DNA of 63,858 nucleotides, filler included, from Octopus bimaculoides (lineage: Eukaryota), in NCBI RefSeq assembly GCF_001194135.2. It is 8 parts of 8 records of this genome, joined end to end, with 100 filler letters (N's around TTAATTAATTAA, not from the genome) between each part and the next. Parts side by side here need not be neighbours in the genome. Positions count along the whole stretch, not along the records: positions 44,443 to 56,604 come from NC_068996.1; positions 56,705 to 61,104 come from NC_068992.1; positions 61,205 to 63,858 come from NC_068982.1; 5 more parts are not named here. One strand, 5' to 3'. Of this stretch, positions 50,280-63,065 are shown in pieces. Each line of letters starts with the position of its first letter. Position 1 is the stretch's first letter. The notes beneath the pieces were generated by a model. The model did no database searches and had not been told where the DNA came from. It saw only the letters and a list, made by a program, of their open reading frames with translations. The position numbers and the translations under genes are program-made.

Positions 50280-50327
<48 letters not shown>

Positions 50328-50860
50328 TTGTGTGTCTGTGTTTGTCCCCCCACCAACATAGCTTGACAACCAATGCTGGTGTGTTTACGTCCCCGTAACT
50401 TAGCGGTTCGGCAAAAAGAGACCGATAGAATAAGTACTAGGCTTCCAAAGAATAAGTCCTGGGGTCAATTTGCTCGACTAAAGGCGGTGCTCCAGCATGG
50501 CCTCAGTCAAATGACTGAAACAAGTAAAAGAGTAAAAGAGAACGAATCGACCGCGTACTGGTCTTTTTAAAGCCTGAAACTTTATCTTATCGACTTCTTA
50601 TACCGATCCGCTAAGCTATGGGATGGTAACCACACCAATAACGGTCGTTAAACGGTGGTGGGTGACAGACACAAAACATACACATATACGAATATTTATA
50701 CGACGAACTTCTTTCACTTACCGTCTACAAAATCCACTCACAAGGTTTTGGTCGTCACCCAGAGGCCATAGAAGAAAAATGGTTGCCCAAGGTGCCATGC
50801 TATGAGACAGAACCAGAAACCATGTTACTGGGAAGTAAACTTCTTACCATACATCTACGC
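50024..50860 (-). mobile_element. Older minus-strand family A SINE split by a younger plus-strand family A SINE (50097-50539)
   Basis: Minus tail at 50024-50095 ends TTTAGTCGAA and resumes AACGAATCGACC at 50540. Confidence 0.8.
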
Positions 50861-51091
50861 CTGATTCTGACTTCACAGTTTCCGCCTGCTAAGCTTTCAT
50901 CAGACAGTCGATGAAAGCACAGAAGGCCGAGTATTCGAAGTAATTTTTAACATTATTCTTGAAAAAGAATAGATACATCTATACTAACACACATTCACAC
51001 ATACAGACATACACAGAAGCCAATATGCATGTGTGCATTTATATGAATGTACAAGCATATATATATATAAAAATATATATACATCTTTATG

Positions 51092-51149
<58 letters not shown>

Positions 51150-52507
51150 NNNNNNNNNNNNNNNNNNNNNNNNNNNNNNNNNNNNNNNNNNNNNNNNNNN
51201 NNNNNNNNNNNNNNNNNNNNNNNNNNNNNNNNNNNNNNNNNNNNNNNNNNNNNNNNNNNNNNNNNNNNNNNNNNNNNNNNNNNNNNNNNNNNNNNNNNNN
51301 NNNNNNNNNNNNNNNNNNNNNNNNNNNNNNNNNNNNNNNNNNNNNNNNNNNNNNNNNNNNNNNNNNNNNNNNNNNNNNNNNNNNNNNNNNNNNNNNNNNN
51401 NNNNNNNNNNNNNNNNNNNNNNNNNNNNNNNNNNNNNNNNNNNNNNNNNNNNNNNNNNNNNNNNNNNNNNNNNNNNNNNNNNNNNNNNNNNNNNNNNNNN
51501 NNNATATATATATATATATATACGCATATATATTATGCATGCATGTATACACATCTATATATTCTTATGCATATACACAATCACATACATCTTAGCATAC
51601 ACACACGTAGACGTATACACACACGTACACGTATGTACACACACATACACATACTCACAAACCAACATCATAATTCTATCAAGCTGGTTGAAATTGATCA
51701 CATAAATTACGTCGACAATTCAATGGACGCCATGATCTACCTTTGCATTAGGAAGCTCACAAAGCAAATGAAACGACAAGAAAAGATATTGTCAACATCA
51801 AAGGCTACGTCGATGTCCATTGCAAGACCATAATCTCGACTATATTCATCATATAATGACATCTATTCACAGAGCATTAATGCCGATTTCTTTGTAGTAG
51901 GGTTACATTTGCTAGAAACAATCACGTAATACTTGTTGATATGGACGTTGGATTTACAAGAAACAGCAGCTGATTTTATTGAAATAATACCATGCGTTCT
52001 TTGGGGAAAAATATGAAGGCCACTTGAGAAATAGGGTTCTAAATATAGAACAGAAGCGATGATGATTACGAAGAAATTTCGCTCATATGTCTCATTAATG
52101 AAGATTGTCCTTGGGCTAACAAAAGCCACGACGAATCGGCATTCTGATTATCGGTAGATACGATACTTTCTTAATTGTGTAATATAGTGATTTGAGAATG
52201 TTGTATCGACTGTCATTATCCAAGCTGTTAGGGGGCAGGAACTTCATTTAGGGAAAAATTAAAGCCTAAAAACAAGAGTGATAGCTCTAATGATTTGACT
52301 TCACTGAAATTTTGGTACAATGTTGACGATATGACTGGGAGTGGAACTGGTCTTTGAAGACATCTGGGAAGACTATAGGATATGTTTCGATATTTTACTC
52401 CTTCAGAGAAGCGTATCTACACATTTTGCATGATTATAGGTAATAAATACCTATCCGTCTGTCTATCTATCTGTCTAACCATCCATCCATCTATCTGTGT
52501 CTGTCGG

Positions 52508-52508
<1 letters not shown>

Positions 52509-52586
<78 letters not shown>

Positions 52587-52709
52587 CGTTTCTGTTTATA
52601 CTTACATACATGTATATCTGTCTATCTATCTCATTTCTGTACATACATACATACATACATACATACATACATACATACATACATACATACATACATACAT
52701 ACATACATA
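52509..52709. repeat. (ATCT)n and (TACA)n tetranucleotide microsatellites
   Basis: Direct. Confidence 0.97.
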
Positions 52710-53409
52710 CGTACATACATAAATGTATATTTCTTCATTCATCAGAAGCAATAAACTGGGGAACCCAATACTGAAATGTTGAACATACTTAGTATTCTTT
52801 AACAGTTCAAAACTGAAAGATTCATAATTCTATTACATTGATTTGAACGTTTTAGATCATTCATCTGTAGCTAGAATATATTTTTGAAATATCACATGGA
52901 AGTTATAAAGAATATGCTCATCTATACGCTGTTTTTTTCTTTTAAACAGTGCGAACAAGTGCAAATAAACGAGTGTTTTAAGCTCACACTTGATCACGTC
53001 ATTTCTGGTTTTCATGAAGATACGAAGATACATACATATGTACATGCAGAGAGAGAGAGAAAAAGTAAGAGACAGAGTGAGACAGTGTGTGTTTGTGTGT
53101 GTGTGTCTGAGAGAGTGAGAGAGAAAGAGAGGGACAGAAAAAGAACAGTATTGAGAGAGAACGTAGTTGATTATAGATATCAACATTTATGGATGCTAGT
53201 AAATACTCCAGGAGAATTTTCGACACACTAGACACGCTACAGCTATGGGAGTGTAACAGATATCTAGTTTAGTGACGGAAAAAATAGTTCAGTCATTCTA
53301 TATTGTTCAAGCAATTAGTTGTCAGAAGCTTCCTTCGGTGGTATCTAATGCCTAAGACCATCAAGCGTAGGAGATAACTTCAATGTGATCAATTAACTGA
53401 ATACTTGTG

Positions 53410-53711
53410 TCAATGTGGGGATGAGTTAGCTTTCCAACCGCATGATTCCGGATTCGTCTCACTGTGTGGCATCTTCGGCAAGGATTTTCTAATATAGCCT
53501 TGGGCTGACCAAAACTTTATGAAACTGAAACAAGCCTGTCGTGTACATACATACATACATACATACATACATACATACGTGCGTACGTACATGCATACAT
53601 ACATATACTCACACACATACATGCATATATACATAAATGCATACATACACATACATGCAAACATCCATAGACGGGCTTGCATACATACGTTCACACGTAC
53701 ACACACAAATT

Positions 53712-53800
<89 letters not shown>

Positions 53801-55290
53801 GATGGGTGTTCATTAAAGATTTTCCCTGACCCACTTCCCAAAGACTGGGATAACGGGAACATGACCTAATTATTAGTCCTTCGCTTCATAACCACTACAA
53901 ATTGTGACACACTTTTTCCCATTGCTTTATGCAGCTGTGAAGACCTCATCAGTAGAAGTCGGTAGGTTGCGTCTGGAGCCAAGACTTTACCTCGGAAATA
54001 AGTTCATCATCATCTGAAAAGTGCTTCCTTTCAAGAACGACTTCATGGTTGGAAAGTGGTGGAAGTCTGATGGTGCGAGGTCGGGTGAGTAAGGGGAATG
54101 AGGAAAGTTTTTTATAGCCGCAGGAGTGTGCTTTCATCTGGGCAACATGCGCATTGTGAACTGGGGTGCTGCCTTGGAGGAGACGGACTCATTTGGTCAG
54201 AATGCAACGCCTCTCTGCTTTGATGGCGTCTTGCAATTTCTGCTGCAGAGAAGCATAATATTCGCCGTTAATTTTGGTGCTCTTTGCCAGAAAATCCATC
54301 ATCACTACTCCGCGCTGGTCCCAAAAGGCTGTGAACATCACCTTATATTACCTGCTGAGGGCTGGAACGAGCCTTTTTTGGAGGTGGTGAGTTATCATGC
54401 TTCTATTACTTCGACTGGAATTTAATCTCAGAATCATAGTGATGAACCCATTTTTCATCCTGTGTAATAAGTCTGCTGAAAAAGTCCACCTCGTTTTCTT
54501 GGCTCATTGCCAAAAGAGCCTGTGAACAATTGACTCGTACCTGCTTCAGAAAAGGTGTGAGCATCCGGAGAATCCATCGTGCAGACAAATACCGCATGTG
54601 CAAATGGTCGTGAATGATTTTTTCCCATGGACCCTACACTTATCTTCACTTCTTGCGCTAGTTGCCGAATAGTTATGCGGCGATCCTCCAAAATAGCGGC
54701 TTCCATTTCATGGATGGTGTCGTCATCAACAGGGGAATGTGGTCGTCCAGGAATAAGAGCAGTTTCCACTGATGTCCAACCATATTTCAGCTGGAGATTC
54801 GAGTGTTTGACTGCGTCGTATGATGGTGCATCGTCACAATAAACTGCTTTCATCTCATCGAAAGTACCTTTTGGTGTACGATCTTTCAAGTATAAGAACC
54901 TGATCACTGATCTGCATTCAACTGCCTCCATTATAACAGTTTAATCCACTTCAGCAGTCGAAAGGACAAACGAATACTAGTGGAAAGCTGCAATTTACTA
55001 TGTGACCTATAGAGATATGCATGATTATACCTGTACAAGTTACGTTTCCTGCAGTAACCGGAAGTGGGTCAGGGGAAATCTCCAATGAACACTCCACATG
55101 TGTGAGTGTTTGTATATATTTATCTGTGTGTGTATGTGTTTGTGTTTTACTCCACCACTGGTTGACAACCGATGTTGGATTGTTTAAGTGCCAGGCTTAG
55201 AATAATACCGGGATCAATTTGGCTGCAATCAGCATGGCTGCAATCCAGTGACTGGGCAGATAAGAGAAAAGGTTAAAAATGGAGTAAAAG
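53410..55290 (+). mobile_element. Family A SINE split by a mariner insertion in its central microsatellite
   Basis: Head 53410-53545; tail (TTGACAACCGATG...CAGCATGGCTGCAATCCAGTGACTG) at 55100-55290. Confidence 0.65.
53800..55098 (-). mobile_element. Near full-length mariner (about 1.3 kb, irritans-like), frameshifted transposase, both TIRs
   Basis: About 40-bp TIRs (GGGTGTTCATTAAAGATTTTCCCTGACCCACTTCC / GGAAGTGGGTCAGGGGAAATCTCCAATGAACACTCC). ATG at 54931; GRP, SARWILRMLT, ITQDEKWVHHYD, HFSDDDEL. Confidence 0.92.
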
Positions 55291-55306
55291 AAACAGTTTG
55301 GAGAGA

Positions 55307-55351
<45 letters not shown>

Positions 55352-55357
<6 letters not shown>

Positions 55358-55478
55358 GTCCGCAAAGTCTGAGTACATGGAGATTAACATATACTTGAAA
55401 AAATTATTATTTCTTATATTTGATTGTTTATGCTATGATTTTATTTACTCCAGGTACCCAGACTTTGTGGACACCCTG
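55352..55478. mobile_element. Tc1/mariner-type MITE, about 127 bp, 30-bp TIRs, TA-flanked
   Basis: TAGGGTGTCCGCAAAGTCTGAGTACATGGAG versus CTCCAGGTACCCAGACTTTGTGGACACCCTG. Confidence 0.85.
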
Positions 55479-55552
55479 TATATATATATATAGTTTCGAA
55501 TTTGTGTGAAGGTGTATAGAATAATATATCAGTTGAATAAAGTTAAATCACT

Positions 55553-56570
55553 CTGGTTTTCACGTTTTTTATTATGGTATTTTATCAAAATTACCGCTTT
55601 CATATATAGTGTACTCATGAAATTTCAAATATGTTTAACTGACAGTTGAGTTCTTGACAGCTCTAATATCTCTTAGAACGCTCCTACTTATAGAAAATAA
55701 CATACAACGAGCAAAAGAGATACCTATAGAAGAACCCATCAAAGGAACACAATACCATTTCTAATAACACACAATCCGCATAACTAAAACATTTTAAACA
55801 TCATCAAAACAAATTTGCCAATCATAAAACAAAGTGAAAATTAAAAAAAATATAACTAATCAAACACTTATCTTAAGCAAAAGGCAACCACAACCTAAAG
55901 AAACTATTAAGAAAGGCAAAATTCAACACGAACAAATGGGACAACTCATTCACAGTATCCAAGTGTAATGATAACAGATGTGGAACGAATCAGTACATGC
56001 ATACAAGTAAATCCGTTAGAACAAAGACTGAACAAATCTTAACAAATGCAGGTATGAACTGCAAAAACAGAAATTCGATTTACTACATTAAACGCTCGAA
56101 TTGCGAGGAATTATATAGGAGAGAAAGGGAATGCATTATCGGAACGCTCACGAGTCCACAGACAACAAATCCGGAACACCAAGGTTCGCCAAATTCCATT
56201 GAGCGAATATAAAGAGTCATGTGGTCAGGAAATGTTTCTAATTTTTCCTTTCCACAAACTACATGACACAAGTGAGGTTGGAAGAAAGATAAAAGAAAAA
56301 CGGTTTATTAGAATGTTCAAACCTCTTCTGAACGGAAATAACAGCAATCATATAACAACCAGTTAATGATGTGGAATAATAAATATAAACAAGTTTCAGA
56401 GTATCAGTACGCCATGCGGATTGATCAAAAAGGTATTCTAAAAAATCAGCTCGTTGGAGCGTTTTAAGAGGTTCTAAAGTTGTCAAGAACTCAGCTGTCA
56501 GTTAAACACATTTGAAATCTGATGAATACACTATGTATGAAAACACCATAATAATAAATGTGAAAACCAG
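55553..56570 (+). mobile_element. Penelope-like element (5'-truncated, GIY-YIG region) with inverted terminal repeats
   Basis: SKRQP.NLKKLL..AKF, VSKCNDNRCGT, NCKNRNSIYYI...YIGE, ER.RVHRQQI, FKPLLN. 55553-55684 is the reverse complement of 56456-56570, apart from one indel of about 15 nt. Confidence 0.9.
56514..56545 (+). ncRNA. Minimal type-I hammerhead ribozyme remnant in the Penelope terminal repeat (sister copy at 55587-55626, minus strand)
   Basis: GAAAT-CTGATGA-ATACA(cta)TGTAT-GAAA. Sister copy: GAAAT-TTCATGA-GTACACTATATAT-GAAA-GCG-GTA-ATTTT. Confidence 0.65.
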
Positions 56571-56862
56571 ACTATGTTTCAACAATATATATATATATAT
56601 ATATNNNNNNNNNNNNNNNNNNNNNNNNNNNNNNNNNNNNNNNNNNNNTTAATTAATTAANNNNNNNNNNNNNNNNNNNNNNNNNNNNNNNNNNNNNNNN
56701 NNNNCCCTCATCTATTTAAATGCTATTTTTGGGCCTGCTGTCACCTGTGTCGTTGATTCTGTTTTATCAATCTTAAAGTAGTGACATTGCATAATAATAG
56801 AATTAAAGGTACCTTTGTAAATTAATTGTATATATATATATATATATATATAGGTAGGTACG

Positions 56863-57269
56863 TAGGCGCAGGAGTGGCTGTGTGGTAAGTACCTTGCTTA
56901 CCAACCACATGGTTCCGGGTTCAGTCCCACTTTGTGGTACCTTGGGCAAGTGTCTGCCACTAAAGCCACGGGCTGACCAAAGCCTTGTGAGTGGATTTGG
57001 TAGACGGAAACTGAAAGAAGCCCGTCGTATATATGTATATCCATATATATATATAGGTGTGTTTGTGTGTCTGTGTTTGTCCCCCACCCACATCGCTTGA
57101 CAACCGATGATGGTGTGTTTACGTCCCCGTAACCTAGCGGTTCGGCAAAAGAGACCCATAGAATAAGTGTTAGGCTTACAAAGAATAAATGCTGGGGTCG
57201 ATTTGCTCGACTAAAAGGCGATGCTCCAGCATGGCCGCAGCCAAATAACTGAAACAAGTAAAAGAGTAC

Positions 57270-57270
<1 letters not shown>
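56863..57270 (+). mobile_element. SINE family A, full length
   Basis: Near consensus. Confidence 0.95.
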
Positions 57271-57305
<35 letters not shown>

Positions 57306-57468
57306 GGGGGAGGGCGAGAGAGAGCGCGCACAATGGATTATAGATACGTAACCAGAAGAAGAAGAAGAACAACAACAACAACAGCAGCAACAACAACTGC
57401 AACAGTCTGCTATTCTTATACCGTGTACAGCTGACAAGTATGTTATATAAAATAACCTGTAAATATCA

Positions 57469-57510
57469 CCCCTTTATACCCCTTTATACCCCTTTATACC
57501 CCTTTATACC
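57469..57510. repeat. 10-bp minisatellite (CCCCTTTATA) x4
   Basis: Direct. Confidence 0.9.
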
Positions 57511-57954
57511 AGCAATCCAACATCTTCCACAGCATATAACCAATGTGAAAGGTTTTCAAAAATGAGCTAAATTCCAAATAGTCACTGAACGTATTCTGAA
57601 TTTTTACCCATCGTTTGTTGACCTCTACAGTCATAAGGATAAATTTCTAGTAAAAATATATAAAACTAAACCACTCCAAAACAGCTAATTCATAAAGTTC
57701 TCTTTGTTTTTTTTTTCTTGTTACTAAATTCATCTCCCATTAGACAGGGTTAAATCTAAAAATATTGATGGCATCAATCAAATATGTAAGTGTTACTATT
57801 TTCGTTTTTGTTCTTCTCCTTGTGGTGGTGGTGTTGGCGTTTGTGGTGATGATACTGAGGTGGCGACGGTGGTGGTGGTGGTGTGTGTTGTTGTTGTTGG
57901 TGGTGGTGGTATGCAGAATATTTCTTGTCATGTTCTAATAGATGGAAAGGGACA

Positions 57955-58305
57955 TAGATGCAGGAGTGGCCGTGTGGTAAATAGCTTGCTAACCAACCAC
58001 ATGGTTGGTTAGAATAAGTACTCTGCTTACAAAAAATAAGTCCTGGGGTCGACTTGTTCGACTAAAGGCAGTGCTCCAGCATGGCCGAAGTCAAATGACT
58101 GAAATAAAAGAATAAAAATATATATATGGGCAAGTGTCTTCTACTGTAGCCTTGGGTCGACCAAAGTCTTTTGAGTGGATTTGGTAGATGGAAACTGAAA
58201 GAAGCCCATCGTATATATATATATTTGTGTGTGTGTGTGTGTGTGTGTTCGTGTGTGTTGTGTCGCTTGACAACCGATGGTGTGTTTACGTCACCGTAAC
58301 TTAAC
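57955..58305 (+). mobile_element. Rearranged family A SINE (head-tail-middle order)
   Basis: Head 57955-58005, tail 58006-58115, middle 58125-58303. Confidence 0.8.
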
Positions 58306-58456
58306 ATTTTTCAAGACGGAGGCATTGCCCCAGCTTAACCGTGGTCTAAGTACTGAAGCATATAAAAGATGATAGAAAGATATAGATTATAAGTATGCAA
58401 GTGTGTGTGTGTGTGTGTGTATGTGTGTGTATATATATATATATATATATACATAC

Positions 58457-58585
58457 ATAGGCGGTGTAGTGGTTCTAGGTTCAGTCCCACTGCGTGCCGC
58501 GTTAGGCAAGTATCTTTTACTTTATCCTCAGGCCGGTCAAAGCCTTGAGTGGATTTGGTAGACGGAAACTGAAAGAAGCCCGTCG

Positions 58586-58625
<40 letters not shown>

Positions 58626-58838
58626 CGTGTGTTTATGAGTTTGTGTTTGTCCCCACACCATCGCTTGAGAGCCGATACTGGTGTGTTTACGTCCCCGTCA
58701 CTTAGCGGTTCGGCAAAATAGGACGATAGAATAAGTGCAAGGCCTACAAAGAACAAGTCCTGGGGTCGACTTGCTCGACTAAAAGCGGTGCTCCAGCATG
58801 GCTGCAGTCAAATACTGAAACAAATACAAGAATAAAAG
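58457..58838 (+). mobile_element. SINE family A with internally deleted head
   Basis: GGTTCAGTCCCACTGCGTG...GAAAGAAGCCCGTCG...GACTAAAAGCGGTGCTCCAGCATGG. Confidence 0.88.
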
Positions 58839-59279
58839 AACACAAGTAATGTGTACACACACATGTCCGCTTGTTAAATATTCGTATATGTGTAATTGTA
58901 TATAAGTGTGCGTTCGTATCTGTGGTGTGTGTACGGAAGCGTTTGGGCGTGTCATGCGCAGTAGAGCTAGTAGTGTATCTTCCAATCTGTTTGATAATGA
59001 AATGAACGATAGAATTTCATTTTCCTCCAATCTTACCGTTTATTGGGCTGCAATGTCATGATCAGTTAGCGGTCCTTTTTTTTTTTTTTTTTTTTTGCAG
59101 ATTTTCATCACGATTTAATGCGTTGTTTGCTATGTATAATAACTCATAGAAATAACCAAACAATAACTAAATAAAACAGTCAATATATTTCAGCATATGT
59201 GCACGCGCGCGTGTGTATGTGTATGTGTATGTGTATTTGCGCGCGTGCGTTGATGTGCGGGTGTCTGTAATTGGATATA

Positions 59280-60100
59280 CCCAGATAATTGTGTCCTTTT
59301 ACGATCGGATTTCGAATCTCACCGTGATTAATTTTATCAGAGGTTTTGCAAGATCTAAATCCATTGCAATGCTGGAACTCTTCCTAATCATCAGCAGGAA
59401 TTTGAGAGCCATGAGCATTTCTACGTTTAGCCTATACGCTTCATCTGAGTGGGGCAGAGTGGACTGCGCTAGTCTCCACTGACAGAAGGGTGACACTGGA
59501 GGTCACTTATTAATCATAGCTACTGTGCCTATTTTCTTGACGGCTTTCTTTAGTCGTCTGAGTTCCAGACTCATCTTCTGCAGGAAATAGCTCACTGGTC
59601 TAAATGGAAAGCAGCGGCAGCCGACGTCAGTTGGGAATGAGGCTGCATGCCATCCTTTGACATAGTCCTGATATTCCGATTTCTTTATCTAGTGGGAAAT
59701 ATTGAGTCTGTCCTCCCGGGGCACTGTGAGTTCGACGCCAATGTTTGTTTTTGCAATGTCTGATCGGTGTGATGTCACCACCGTCTCCTCTAGGAAGACA
59801 AGTCTTCTCAGTCCCACTTGCATCTTCCAATCCGAGGCTGAACGCAAAATAGAAAATGGGTCCTTTTCTAATGCTTTCTGCTTGGCAGATTTGTCACATT
59901 CCTTTAGGAATTTGATACCCTTTGGTGACGGCTGTTATTTATTAAATTTCACCCTTTGCAGATCAGTCCATTTGGCAATTTCTGCAAGAACCTTGTCATG
60001 TCTCCACTTGTATCGGCCTTCTTCTATTGACTAGGGCATCCGGTCAAATATGATTCACGGTGGAAAGAGTTACTCCGCATTGCTTGCTGGATGGGTCTTT
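59280..60100 (-). mobile_element. HERO-like non-LTR element, restriction-like endonuclease domain plus 3' UTR
   Basis: EGRYKWRHDKVL, ASDWKMQV, RSDI, VELTVPREDRL, KKSEYQ, FPTDVGCRCF. Confidence 0.8.
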
Positions 60101-61204
60101 TTCTTTACCCCATATTATAAGATTATTTAGAGTTGGGAAAAGTTTAGTGATAGCTTATTATATTGTATTTAAAATAATAATTCCTTCTTTTTCTTGACAC
60201 AAAATCAGTATGATTTACCTTAACCCTGGATTCGAAACTGCGTCACCACTATCTACCGTGCTCTCTAGATTCTATAATAAGTGCTACATTCATTTCAGAA
60301 CAAGTTCGTATATCTTTGATATCGGAAAGATTTATTTAAACTGTCACGTTCATGCTTTTCGGTAATAGAATTAACAGCGTTCTTCATGCCAGGAGCTTCG
60401 TTGCTGTTCAGCATATGTGCGGTCTGTTTCTGGAATATGAAAAGATGCCTACATAGAAAGAGAAATACATGATAAATCAATGAAAATGCACATAATCTAC
60501 TTGTTTTTCTGTGCTTTTTTTCTTTTGCTCTGATGATAAGTTATCTTGACTCGCTGTTACTGCTCATAAATATATTTCAGTTAATATTTCAGTACATTAC
60601 ATCTTTTCTTATGTATCTACTTATGACGATAATCAAACCGTAGCGTATCGTTTAAATGGACTTTCTAGTACAATCAATCTGTCTTTTGCCCTTGGGGTAT
60701 GCTGCATTTGATATCCAATTACATCGATGTAATTTTCAACAACTTTCATCCAGTTCCTTGTTTAAAAGCATTGGTAAGATACTGAGGAAAATCTGTTTGG
60801 TTATTTTTAGCAATTTTTGGTGGTCGGGTGGAGTCTTGTTACTTGGTCTTACACAAATAAAACCCTCTTAGTCACTGAGAGAAGTTCTACGCGAACACAA
60901 GAGCTTCTACTAATGGCTGACAACTCCCCTCAGATCCCAACGTATTGTTTTGAGATAAACATCATTCTGAATAGTGTAGTTTTAAACCTAAATTCATAAA
61001 AATATGTGATACCTATCTAATAAACAAAAATTATACATACATACACACCTACAATATATGTATGTGTGTATGTATGTGCTTACTCTGGTGTGTGTATATA
61101 TATANNNNNNNNNNNNNNNNNNNNNNNNNNNNNNNNNNNNNNNNNNNNTTAATTAATTAANNNNNNNNNNNNNNNNNNNNNNNNNNNNNNNNNNNNNNNN
61201 NNNN

Positions 61205-61266
<62 letters not shown>

Positions 61267-61425
61267 GAAGAAAGAGAGAGATGTGAGGCGAGCAGCATGC
61301 GAACGAGATATACATTACAGAGGTAGTAAGAGCGAGAGAGAGGGAGAGAGGGGGAGAGAGAGAGAGTTTGTGCGTGTGCATGTTTGTGTGTGGTAATTAT
61401 AAATACAAAGCAGAAAAGCATAAAA

Positions 61426-61511
61426 CAGAGAGACAGACAGACAAACAGAGACAGACAGACAAACAGAGACAGACAGACAAACAGAGACAGACAGACAAAC
61501 AGAGACAGACA
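61426..61511. repeat. 18-bp GACA-derived minisatellite (CAGAGACAGACAGACAAA)n
   Basis: Direct; explains the LSVSVC/LFVCLS ORFs. Confidence 0.9.
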
Positions 61512-61569
61512 GAAGTAAATGGATAGACAAATATAAGACATGACATTCACACATACATACACAACTGTA

Positions 61570-63065
61570 TAAAATAAGCATGGATTTAAGATGGTGGCTT
61601 CTAAAGACATTCAATGTTTTGGAAGTTGAGTTATTTTCTCGCTTCAGATTAGATTTTTTCATAACTAATTATCAAAGACCTTCGCCTTGGGCTGCAGATT
61701 TCGAAAATCAAATCCATATTTCTCAAGGGCACACCGTTTCGGAGGCTTTCAGGGACAAACGCATATACAAGTACTCACACATTTTCAGAATTCATAGTTT
61801 CACATAGATGTGCAAAAAGTATGCACCGTGGGGAATGCCATTCTATGTAATACATGAACCACGAAGCCTTTTTTTTTCGACCCTGAATGGATGGAGCGCC
61901 ATCAGTGCAAAAGCTAATTCAAGTTTGCCTCTGCATCCCTCTCAATGCAACATTTTGGTTTACCAGGTTAAAGACATCTGTCGTTCTTTCCTTCAATTTA
62001 CAACATAAGAAAAACTGACTTATGATTTTACCACCTCTGATGATTCGAAGAAATTCAATTAGTTGAGCTTTGTTGATGATGTCTGTACTTTCACCGATTT
62101 CTAAGGCCCACAAGTTTTTGAGTTCATCTTTTGCTTCAGGGAAATATTCGCTGAGCTGATCGTCAATGTCCCGCGAAATGTCTTGAATTTTACGAGAAAA
62201 CATGTGGGCAGATAAGAGTATGATCTTAATGTGTTTGACGGCTTCATCATTAATTATTGTACCAACGATGATCTCCTAGGCTGGTAAAATAATGTTTTCG
62301 GCATCATAATGGGTTCTTTTGTTCTTTGCCAAAAGCTGGGAAATTGCGTTACTAGCGATTTGAGCTTTCTCGGGAATTGAGTGAAATTTCTTCAGCCTCT
62401 TCGATTGAATAAAAAATAATTTTTTTTAGCATCTCAAAGTATTCTTTTGGTTTTTGTCTTTATGGTTGTTAGATGGTTTGTTATTAAATGACGTTGAAAT
62501 TGACTGGGAACCATCGCTTCATTTAAGCGTGTTGTTAAACAAATTAAACAAAAAGGAACCGAGTTGTCTTTTTCCGATAATATAAAACCGTATTGGATAT
62601 AATTTTCATTATATATTCGCTTTGATGAGGTGGTCTTTTTATTCTTGTGTTCGTCTTGTTTGCTATGACTCTTTTTCTCATTATTCTGAGGTCTCAATAA
62701 AAATGTATCCATGTTTAAATCTAAAACCAAAAATTGATTAGAATTAACATAAAATAATTTATGTAAATTATGAATAAATCAAAAATTGAAAACTACTAGG
62801 ACTACTAAGCAATTTACTGACAGAGAACCCCAGTTTAAGTGCTGAAGTGTAAAATATTGGAGCAAAACGGCTATTGGTCGTGAAACGTAATTGATTTATA
62901 TTTATCGTATTTTACGATATATACTATTAATTTATGTTTACGCTCGAACTTTGAGGAGGTTCTTGGATCGTTGCTTCCCGAAAATTCCGAAAATATTTTT
63001 CGCGGCACTCCAGGAATATTTCTCGGTACACCACTGTGCCGCGACACAGAATTTGGAATACATTG
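61570..63065 (-). mobile_element. hAT Buster/Charlie-type transposon, 5' part, decayed
   Basis: BED finger (YNENYIQYGF...PFCLIC...NEAMVPSQFQRHLITNH), ALEIGESTDI, QFFLCC.L, CTDGAPS. hAT-like terminus CAATGTATTCCAAA at 63065 with GTGCCGCG subterminal motifs. Confidence 0.85.

Noticed and set aside
50860-50940. GCTTTCATC/GATGAAAGC hairpin with CTGATGA...GAAAC on the minus strand
   Set aside because: Helix II and the cleavage triplet cannot be formed convincingly.
51700-52450. YVDN / DYGLAMD / WYNVDD fragments hinting at an RT
   Set aside because: The motifs are on conflicting strands or in the wrong order; cannot support a call.
58940-58975. GGGCGTGTC and CATGCGCAG promoter-like motifs
   Set aside because: Two short motifs among GT-rich repeats, with no downstream gene evidence.
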